From: Gammaproteobacteria bacterium
Lineage (GTDB): Bacteria; Pseudomonadota; Gammaproteobacteria; Steroidobacterales; Woeseiaceae
Reading direction: 5' to 3'
Assembly (NCBI GenBank): GCA_030429005.1
Contig: JAUIDP010000005.1
Location: forward strand, 9,525 to 73,524
Length of the DNA: 64,000 nt
The position numbers and the translations under genes were made by a program. Below the pieces are notes generated by a model, which worked only from the letters and a program-made list of their open reading frames with translations, was not told the origin of the DNA and did no database searches. How positions within the stretch are numbered: position 1 is the first letter of the stretch; the number at the start of each line of letters is the position of its first letter. Below, piece by piece: positions 56,867 through 64,000 of the stretch.

Positions 56867-58587
56867 AGTTTTGGTCCTGGCCGCCGCCAGACTGTCTCGC
56901 CTGCCTTGATGGTTTCCAGCACAATGATCGTGTTGATCCTGGATGGTTCGATGGTCAGCGGATTGTCCGACAGTATGACCAGGTCGGCCAGTTTGCCAAC
57001 TTCGATCGAGCCTTTCTCAGCTTCCTCGAAGTGTTGCCTGGCGCCAGCCAGCGTTATCGCCGCAAAGGCCTCTGCCGGGCTAAGTTTCTGTTCGGCGCCA
57101 ATCGTTGTACCACTGCGGGAAACCCTGTTGACCGTTGCCCACATCACCTGCATCAGGTTCGGCAGCGCGACCGGTGCGTCAGTGTGGCTCGTCAGCGGCA
57201 GGCCGCGCTCAAGCGCCGACCGCGTCGGAGAAATGGTGTTGCCCAGCTCATTCCCAATGAGCTGCTTGTGCCAGTCGCCCCAGTAATAGGTATGCATCGG
57301 AAACAACGACGCCGTCATCTGCAGTTCGACCATGCGGTCGAGCTGGTCTTCGCGGACATACTGGCCGTGAATCAGCGTACTGCGGCGGTCACCGCCGCCA
57401 TGGGAATCCGTGGCCGCATCGATTGCTGCAAGCATCTGGTCGATTGCTGCGTCGCCATTGGCGTGTACCAGGACCTGCCAGTCATTGGCGTACGCCGCAT
57501 CGATTGCCGCAAATGCTTCTTCGTCACTGAGTGCCGGATAGCCGGCATAGTCGGCGCCCTGCCCGTCCGGCGGAATCAGATAGGGCTCGGTTCGCCACGC
57601 CGTACGCCCTTGCGGCGAGCCGTCGAGCGTGACTTTCATACCGCCTACTCTGTAACCGTTGCGATAGGTTCGACTGTTCCACTCCGACTGCAATGGTGTC
57701 ACGTCGGAATAGTCGATATAGGACACGATGTCGATCGGGAAGCCCACCGTCTCAGCGTAGGCTGCCAGGCCGGCATGCGTTGTGGCGAAGGCACGGCCTT
57801 CCTGTGCTGTCGTATAGCCATAGGACATGGCCATCTCCAGACCTTGCTGCAAATTGTAGACGAGGTCTTCGGGTGTCTTCGGCGACAGGGCATCGAGCAT
57901 GACCGGGATTGCTGCCAGTTCTTCAAGTACGCCGTTTGGCTCGTTCGTGCCCGTGCGGCGACGAATGAGACCGCCCGACGGGTCCTGCGTATCTGCATCG
58001 TAACCAATCACCTCCAGGCCCTTGCTGTTCACGGCAATAAAGTGACCTGAGATATGCACCGCCATGACCGGCAATTCTGTCGATACCTTGTCCAGGTCGT
58101 CGCGCGTCGGATGGCGGCCTTCGGCGAGGACGGAATCGTCGTAACCCATGCCGTAGATCCAGCCGGTACGCATGACGTCCGGCCCGACCGCGAAGTCCTG
58201 TAACGCCTTCACGAGGTCGTCAATATCGTTGACGACTCCATCCGGCTCCGCCAGCAGGTTGGCACCGATTGCCTGTAACCCGAAATTCGCGACATGCGCA
58301 TGCCCGTCGATGAATCCCGGGGCCAGTGTGCGGCCGTCGAGCTCGACGACCGTCGTTCTGTCGCCACGATGTTTTTCTACATCGGCGGCCATGCCGACGG
58401 CGAGAATGCGTCCGTCCCTGAGCGCGACAGCGTCGGCGCTCGCTTGCTCGACATCGGCCGTCACAATCGGACCGCCCCTGTATATGGTGTCTGCCGCCGT
58501 CGGTGCCGGCCCTTTGTCGCATGCGATCACGACAACAAGGCATGTAATGACCAGGGCGAATCTGGAAGATCGGGAGCACATATTCAT
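56863..58587 (-). CDS. Amidohydrolase_3 family (YtcJ-like) metal-dependent hydrolase, secreted or lipoprotein
   Basis: Signal with VVIAC-D lipobox. LAPGFIDGHAHV, VHISGH, VHANGDAAID and TSHTDAPV motifs. Confidence 0.85.
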   Translation of the reverse strand: MNMCSRSSRFALVITCLVVVIACDKGPAPTAADTIYRGGPIVTADVEQASADAVALRDGRILAVGMAADVEKHRGDRTTVVELDGRTLAPGFIDGHAHVANFGLQAIGANLLAEPDGVVNDIDDLVKALQDFAVGPDVMRTGWIYGMGYDDSVLAEGRHPTRDDLDKVSTELPVMAVHISGHFIAVNSKGLEVIGYDADTQDPSGGLIRRRTGTNEPNGVLEELAAIPVMLDALSPKTPEDLVYNLQQGLEMAMSYGYTTAQEGRAFATTHAGLAAYAETVGFPIDIVSYIDYSDVTPLQSEWNSRTYRNGYRVGGMKVTLDGSPQGRTAWRTEPYLIPPDGQGADYAGYPALSDEEAFAAIDAAYANDWQVLVHANGDAAIDQMLAAIDAATDSHGGGDRRSTLIHGQYVREDQLDRMVELQMTASLFPMHTYYWGDWHKQLIGNELGNTISPTRSALERGLPLTSHTDAPVALPNLMQVMWATVNRVSRSGTTIGAEQKLSPAEAFAAITLAGARQHFEEAEKGSIEVGKLADLVILSDNPLTIEPSRINTIIVLETIKAGETVWRRPGPKL

Positions 58588-58712
58588 ATTGCGTGATCGT
58601 TACAACCAAATGCAGACTGCGAATTGTAACATTGAGGCGCCGGGAACCGCCTTCTGCTACGCTTGGACAATGCAGTGACCCTTTCCAATCCAACCATAAG
58701 AAGAGAAAAATC

Positions 58713-60248
58713 ATGAGCGAACCAGGGAAATTTCTGCGGCCGTTGCTTTTCAGCATGCTGGTACTTGCTGGAAGCGCCTACGCACAGGACAAACCGAACA
58801 TTATTGTGATCTGGGGTGACGACGTCGGCTGGTACAACATCAGCGCGTACAACCTCGGCGTGATGGGTTACGAGACGCCAAATATCGACCGGATTGCGAA
58901 AGAAGGTGCGCTGTTCACGGACTGGTATGGCCAGCAAAGCTGCACGGCCGGCCGCGCAGCATTCATCACCGGCCAATCGCCGATTCGCACCGGACTCCTG
59001 AAGGTCGGCCTGCCGGGCGCAAAAGAGGGCCTGATGGAAGCCGATCCGACAATTGCCGGCCTGCTCAAAGAGTACGGCTACATGACCGCGCAGTACGGCA
59101 AGAATCATCTCGGCGACCTCGATGAGCATTTGCCGACCAATCACGGCTTCGACGAGTTTCTCGGCAACCTGTACCACCTGAATGCCGAAGAAGAACCGGA
59201 AAATCCGGATTACCCGAAAGGCGCTGCGTTTCGCGAGAAATTCGGCCCGCGCGGAGTCATAAAATCGACATCCGACGGACAGATTGAGGACACCGGTCCG
59301 CTGACGAAAAAGCGCATGGAGACCATCGATGAAGAAGTCACAGCCGGCGCGCTCGACTTTATCGACCGCGCGGTCGCCGATGACAAGCCGTTCTTCCTGT
59401 GGTGGAACTCCACCCGCATGCATATCTTTACCCACCTGAAAGAGGAATCGCAGGGTGTGACCGGCCTGGGCATCTACCCCGACGGCATGGTCGAACACGA
59501 CGGCATGGTTGGTCAGCTGCTGGACAAGCTCGATGAACTGGGCATTGCCGACAACACGATTGTCATGTATTCCACGGACAATGGCGCCGAAGTGATGACC
59601 TGGCCGGATGGCGGCACAACACCGTTCGCTGGCGAGAAGAATACGCAGTGGGAAGGCGGTTACCGCGTCCCCATGATGATCCGCTGGCCCGGTGTCATTG
59701 AGCCGGGCACGCGCATCAACGACATCGGCTCGCACGAAGACATGCTGCCCACCTTTGTCGCTGCTGCCGGCTCGGACGACATCAAGGAACGCCTGCTGGA
59801 AGGCGGCGTAAGGGCGATAGGCCGCCGCTACAATGTCCACCTGGATGGCTACAACCTGCTACCGGCATTGCAGGGAGACGCCGAGTGGCCGCGCCACGAG
59901 TTCCTTTACTGGACTGACGATGGCAACCTGGCCGCACTGCGCTACGACCAGTGGAAAGTCCATTTCCTGGAGCAGCGCGGTCATGGCTTCGATGTCTGGC
60001 AAGAACCTTTCGTCGAACTGCGATTGCCAAAACTCGTCAGCCTGCGCTCGGACCCGTTCGAAAGAGCGCATCACGAAGGCATGGGATACCAGCAATGGCG
60101 GCTCGAACGCGCGTTCGTTCTGGTGCCGGCGCAGGCTTATGTTGGCAATTGGCTGGCTTCGTTTGAAAAGTACCCGCCGAGACAGAAGCCCGGAAGTTTC
60201 AGCCTGTCACAGGTTATGGATAAATTGACGGATACGCCGAGCAACTAG
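58713..60248 (+). CDS. Arylsulfatase (Cys-type, formylglycine-dependent family)
   Basis: Start trimmed to MSEPGKFLRPLLFSMLVLAGSAYA-QD. NIIVIWGDDVGW, SCTAGRAAFITGQ (active-site Cys motif), GKNHLGD and YSTDNGAE. Confidence 0.9.
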   Translation: MSEPGKFLRPLLFSMLVLAGSAYAQDKPNIIVIWGDDVGWYNISAYNLGVMGYETPNIDRIAKEGALFTDWYGQQSCTAGRAAFITGQSPIRTGLLKVGLPGAKEGLMEADPTIAGLLKEYGYMTAQYGKNHLGDLDEHLPTNHGFDEFLGNLYHLNAEEEPENPDYPKGAAFREKFGPRGVIKSTSDGQIEDTGPLTKKRMETIDEEVTAGALDFIDRAVADDKPFFLWWNSTRMHIFTHLKEESQGVTGLGIYPDGMVEHDGMVGQLLDKLDELGIADNTIVMYSTDNGAEVMTWPDGGTTPFAGEKNTQWEGGYRVPMMIRWPGVIEPGTRINDIGSHEDMLPTFVAAAGSDDIKERLLEGGVRAIGRRYNVHLDGYNLLPALQGDAEWPRHEFLYWTDDGNLAALRYDQWKVHFLEQRGHGFDVWQEPFVELRLPKLVSLRSDPFERAHHEGMGYQQWRLERAFVLVPAQAYVGNWLASFEKYPPRQKPGSFSLSQVMDKLTDTPSN

Positions 60249-60298
60249 TGACTGAAGAGCCTGGTTGCGGCTGACTGGATTGCCGACCGGACTCCAAA

Positions 60299-62185
60299 TC
60301 AATCGCGCAACTGTTCGCTGACGGCGCGATCGGCACTGTCGATCGCGCCGTTAACGTAAGCGTATGCCTCGGAATCTGAATTCGCTATCGAGATCCGCCC
60401 CAGCTGCTGGCGCCCTTCGATGTGCGGCCCGTGCTGTCGGTCGAAATTGTCGGGCAATCCCAGTCCTTCGTATTCATAGGCGTAGCCGTGCGGCCAGCGG
60501 TTCAGAGTGATTGCTGCAACGTCACGCTCTGCATCAAAACCATACGGTCCCAGCATACTGTCGAAATGCCCCAGTGCATTTTCCTCGAATTCTGCAAAAC
60601 TCATTTGCATCAGCTTCGCCCGGCCGGCGCGAAACTGGTCTCGAATGGGCAGGCCGCGTGTCGTCGGCGAGTACCACGCCGAAAGTACGATAGGCTCGTC
60701 AGGGCTCCTCGCAAAATTGTAGTCGCCGATACTCACCGGGAAATCGAGCGACGCGTGTTTGAAATAGACGTCCCCCGGGGTGTAGACCTGCCGGAGCCCG
60801 GCCTGCCGGAAAGCGCGCCAGTTGCGCAACGCAAAACTGCCGATGACAAAAGGGATCTTCGGCGAGTATCGAATGGCCTCTGCCTGTGAGGCCGGCATGT
60901 CCGGACAGATGTGCGGCAAGATGCCGTTGTAACAGGCCATGACGACATGGCGTGCACGGGAACGATACACTGAGCCTTCCCGCACGTACGTGACATCGAC
61001 AAACTTTCCATCCGCGGAATTGCTGGCATGTACAGCCGTACTGTTCAGCCGTATCCGGGTTTGTGCACCCGCCTCGTCAAGGCGCGCATAGTCGGCGCGT
61101 GCCGTGACGAGATCCTGCATCGTCGACCCTGGCACCGCCGCCGGAACCAGGTCGCGGACCAGGGCACGCGCCACGCTGGCATTGCCGTCCGGGAAATGAA
61201 AGATGTAGGGCTCCCGGTCACCTTCTTGCTGCTGGACTCCCAGTTCCCAGGTCCCTGGAAACCAGTAATCCGCAGCCTTGCTCGCCTTTTCGGCCTCCCA
61301 GCCAACCGAGATCATTTGCAGGAAAGTGTCCTGCAGAAAGGCGCAAATGCTCTCGGGCATGCCGGCGTATTCCCGCAGGAATTCCAGGTAGGAAATCTTG
61401 TCCAGGACAGCGGATTTTTCGTCCGGCGTCCTGCCCTCCAGGTAGTCGACACCGCCCACCAGCAGCCGCCGGAGTGCGGCCCTGTCTTCGCTGGAGAACG
61501 GCATCGCTGCAACTGCGGCATCCAGTTCCCCTTCCTGCAATCCGCCACCGGCCAGGCCTGCTATCGGATTGACCACCAGTTTGTCGGTCCCGTAGGTCGG
61601 CTTGTCGAAAAATACCTGTGCACGCATACCGCGGCTCGAATAAAACTCCTGGTCGAAGTACTCGTAGAAGCGCTGTAAATCGAACGACAGTCCGGTGAGC
61701 AACTCCCGTGCAACGGCAGAGTACCTGGCCGGCCTGTCGATACTCTGGCTGCCGCCATAGGCGAGCAGCTGCTTGCCGTCGACATCAAACTCGTTGCGGC
61801 GCGCGTGGCCACCAAAGTCATCGTGATTGTCCAGGACCAGGGTCCTGCCCGGCGCCGTCGCGCGATCCCGAAAAAACTTTGCAGCCGACAGGCCGGAGAT
61901 GCCGGCGCCAACGACTATCAGGTCGTAAGTCGGGTCTGTTTGCCGCCTCGGTCTCTGGTAACGCTTGCCGAACCGGGCGACATCATGAGCGACTTCGAAG
62001 GAACCGTCATGACTGCCCCGCATGCCGGTCAAGGCCGGCGGATAGTAAACGCCACTTCCTGCACGGCCGGGTCCGCCTGCCGTTTGCGCCAGGATATCGA
62101 GCGGTGAGAGTGTCGTGCCGAGCGCGAGGCTGAGCGCAGTGCCGTTGATAAAGTCGCGCCGATTGATCTTCGATTGCTTCGCCAA
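60299..62185 (-). CDS. Tat-exported FAD-dependent oxidoreductase, SpdH-like (paralogue of 48451..50376)
   Basis: The tracked 716-aa form overlaps the upstream arginase gene. There is no in-frame ATG before the mature domain. TTG at 62185, with GGAGAGG 4 nt upstream, gives (M)AKQSKINRRDFINGTALSLALG. YDLIVVGAGISGLSAAKFF...LDNHDDFGGHARRNEF. Confidence 0.7.
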   Translation of the reverse strand: MAKQSKINRRDFINGTALSLALGTTLSPLDILAQTAGGPGRAGSGVYYPPALTGMRGSHDGSFEVAHDVARFGKRYQRPRRQTDPTYDLIVVGAGISGLSAAKFFRDRATAPGRTLVLDNHDDFGGHARRNEFDVDGKQLLAYGGSQSIDRPARYSAVARELLTGLSFDLQRFYEYFDQEFYSSRGMRAQVFFDKPTYGTDKLVVNPIAGLAGGGLQEGELDAAVAAMPFSSEDRAALRRLLVGGVDYLEGRTPDEKSAVLDKISYLEFLREYAGMPESICAFLQDTFLQMISVGWEAEKASKAADYWFPGTWELGVQQQEGDREPYIFHFPDGNASVARALVRDLVPAAVPGSTMQDLVTARADYARLDEAGAQTRIRLNSTAVHASNSADGKFVDVTYVREGSVYRSRARHVVMACYNGILPHICPDMPASQAEAIRYSPKIPFVIGSFALRNWRAFRQAGLRQVYTPGDVYFKHASLDFPVSIGDYNFARSPDEPIVLSAWYSPTTRGLPIRDQFRAGRAKLMQMSFAEFEENALGHFDSMLGPYGFDAERDVAAITLNRWPHGYAYEYEGLGLPDNFDRQHGPHIEGRQQLGRISIANSDSEAYAYVNGAIDSADRAVSEQLRD

Positions 62186-62235
62186 GGCCCTCTCCGGATC
62201 CCGAGGCGATTCAGTCTCAACCAATACCGGCGTGT

Positions 62236-63144
62236 TTACAAGATGCTTCGCCCCAGCGCACTCTGTACCAGCGCGACGGCGCGCTCTGCCGAGATATTGC
62301 CGTGATCGATGAACGGGTTCAGCTCGACGACCTCTAGCGACGTCAACCGGCCGTCTTCCGCGCACAGCTCCAGCAACAGGTGCGCTTCCCTGTAACTCAC
62401 ACCACCCGGCACCAGTGTCCCGGAGCCCGGGATCACCGACGGGTCGCAACCGTCCAGGTCGAAACTGACATGGAAGCCGGCCGTGCCGCGATTGACAACT
62501 TCGAGGGCCTGCTGCGCCACCGAGCTCATGCCCTGCTCGTCGATGTCGCGCATCGTAAACGCAGTGATACCGGACTTGCGGATGATGTCACGCTCGCCGC
62601 GATCGATATCCCGGATACCGATCAGCGCGACGTGTTCCGGCTTGACGGCCGGGTGGCTGCCAAACACGTTCGACAGGTCTGGGTCCCCATGACCCAGCAA
62701 GTGAGCCAGCGGCATGCCATGCACATTGCCGGTGGGCGATGTTTCCGGCAGGTTCATATCGCCATGGGCATCGAACCAGATCAGGCCCAGTTCCTGCTTC
62801 TGTTTGCGAAAATGCGCCGAGATACCCGACACCGTGCCCATCGCAATCGAATGATCGCCACCGATGACCAGCGGAATCTCGGCATCCTGCATTGCCTGGC
62901 AGGCGACCGCGGCAAGGCTTTCGCAGACTGCCAGGATCTCTTCCTTGAAACGCGTACGGGAATCGTCGGTGTTGCGCGTCTCCATGGACGGCACCGGAAT
63001 ATCGGTTTCCGCGGTCAGGTCGTAACCCAGCCGGGAGACGGCCCGGCTCAGGCCCGCAATTCGAAACGCCGATGGCCCGGCATCCGTGCCGCGCCGGGAA
63101 GCGCCCAGGTCGAGTGGCACATTAATGATGTGAACAGGCTTCAT
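62236..63144 (-). CDS. Arginase-family ureohydrolase (arginase-like)
   Basis: Start trimmed to MKPVHIINVPLDLG. Mn-ligand motifs GGDHS, DAHGDMN and SFDLDGCDP. Confidence 0.88.
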   Translation of the reverse strand: MKPVHIINVPLDLGASRRGTDAGPSAFRIAGLSRAVSRLGYDLTAETDIPVPSMETRNTDDSRTRFKEEILAVCESLAAVACQAMQDAEIPLVIGGDHSIAMGTVSGISAHFRKQKQELGLIWFDAHGDMNLPETSPTGNVHGMPLAHLLGHGDPDLSNVFGSHPAVKPEHVALIGIRDIDRGERDIIRKSGITAFTMRDIDEQGMSSVAQQALEVVNRGTAGFHVSFDLDGCDPSVIPGSGTLVPGGVSYREAHLLLELCAEDGRLTSLEVVELNPFIDHGNISAERAVALVQSALGRSIL

Positions 63145-63187
63145 CGGGTCATCCTTTTTGCTGATTCTCGCATAATTCCACCGGTGT

Positions 63188-64000
63188 TCAGGCTGCTTTA
63201 CGCCGGTGTCCGCGGCCCTCGCCGTCCAGCACACGGGAGAACAGGTCTTTCGGGTCGTCCAGCTCCGGGATCAGCCGGATTTGGTCGCCTTCGCCGAGCT
63301 CGGTTGCCAGCCGGTGGACGTAGCGCAATGCCGAAAAATCCTCGAGCGCAAAACCGACGGAGTCGAATATCGTGACTTGTTCATCGTTATCGCGTCCGGC
63401 AGCGCGACCGGCAATCACCTCCCACAGACCGTGGACCGGATGCTCCGGATCCAGTTGCTGGATATCGCCTTCGACGCGTGTCTGCGGTTCGTACTCCACG
63501 AAAATCTTGCCGGCGCGCAGGACATCAGCATGAAGCTCGGTCTTGCCGGGACAATCGCCACCGATGCCATTGATGTGCATGCCGGGTTCAATCATATCTG
63601 GCGTCAGTATCGTGGCCCAGGTCTTGTCAGCCGTACAGGTGACGACGACATCGGCACCCGCCACCGCTGCCTGCGGTGTCGCAGCCGGCACGACGCGCAA
63701 TTGCGGGAACCGCAGCAGGTGCCGCTGCAATTTTTGCATGGCTGCCGGATCGATGTCGTAGATGCGCACCTCCTCGATACCGAGGATTGTATGCAGCGCG
63801 ATAGCCTGGAACTCACTTTGCGCACCACAACCAATCATGCCAAGCACCTTCGAATCCGGCCGCGCCAAGGCCTCGGACGCGATCGCCGTAGCCGCCGCCG
63901 TGCGAAACGCTGTCGTCAATGTCAGCTCGGACAGCAGGACCGGAAAGCCCGTCTCGGTTTCGGCCAGCGCACCGAAAGCCATGACCGTTGAGACGCCCTT
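63188..64000 (-). CDS. Ornithine cyclodeaminase / mu-crystallin family protein (3' part; 5' end beyond the window)
   Basis: NAD-binding GMIGCGAQSEF. ...INGIGGDCPGKTEL... The frame stays open through 64000 upstream of the tracked Met. Confidence 0.85.
   Translation of the reverse strand, partial: KGVSTVMAFGALAETETGFPVLLSELTLTTAFRTAAATAIASEALARPDSKVLGMIGCGAQSEFQAIALHTILGIEEVRIYDIDPAAMQKLQRHLLRFPQLRVVPAATPQAAVAGADVVVTCTADKTWATILTPDMIEPGMHINGIGGDCPGKTELHADVLRAGKIFVEYEPQTRVEGDIQQLDPEHPVHGLWEVIAGRAAGRDNDEQVTIFDSVGFALEDFSALRYVHRLATELGEGDQIRLIPELDDPKDLFSRVLDGEGRGHRRKAA

Noticed and set aside
58599-58675. GTTACAA-18 nt-TTGTAAC inverted repeat and AATGCAG direct repeat in the amidohydrolase/arylsulfatase divergent region, as AraC-type sites
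   Set aside because: The repeats are only 7 bp each in a 125-nt region. Without comparative data they cannot be distinguished from chance.

Overview
High-GC, gene-dense chromosomal window that looks proteobacterial. I support about 60 protein-coding genes. I found no rRNA, tRNA, CRISPR array, transposase, integrase or phage module. All calls rest on motif reading of the supplied ORFs plus manual reading of junctions and intergenic DNA; no database search was possible. Many ORF-track starts were trimmed because their N-terminal extensions overlap the upstream gene.

Main blocks:
- oadGAB Na+-pumping oxaloacetate decarboxylase (0.3-3.5 kb).
- An M28 lipoprotein aminopeptidase translationally coupled to a single-POTRA Omp85 protein (3.6-6.9 kb).
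- A DUF4124 protein, a collagen-like/S74 tail-fibre-type protein outside any prophage, and a 799-aa orphan secreted protein (6.9-11.3 kb).
- A low-GC island of six co-oriented small genes, including a Rap1a/Tai4-like immunity protein and a VOC protein (11.3-15.3 kb).
- Amidohydrolase, dihaem cytochrome c, Tat-exported TIM-barrel isomerase, XRE regulator, Lrp regulator and a methyltransferase (15.3-21.1 kb).
- A seven-gene minus-strand cluster: small YLDPGTGS membrane protein, extended SAM methyltransferase, LtaS/EptA-like membrane enzyme, and a MacAB-type adaptor, ATPase and two FtsX permeases (21.1-29.1 kb).
- A TonB-dependent receptor, then methyltransferase plus GT4, a BASS transporter and a TetR regulator with two copies of its operator (29.4-36.4 kb).
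- MTHFR-like protein and a putative copper module (36.4-39.4 kb).
- An M50 protease, then a four-gene operon of organophosphate transporter, HAD phosphatase, amine oxidase and fatty-acid hydroxylase (40.0-45.2 kb).
- rhlE, two SpdH-like Tat flavoproteins, a reprolysin-like protease with a GlyGly-CTERM-like tail, nhaA, an AraC/amidohydrolase/arylsulfatase group, and arginase plus ornithine cyclodeaminase (45.5-64.0 kb).

Best candidates for undescribed biology:
- the 21-29 kb envelope-modification/export cluster;
- the peptidase-Omp85 pair with its ATAA start/stop overlap;
- the low-GC orphan-immunity island;
- the 41-45 kb amino-organophosphate operon.
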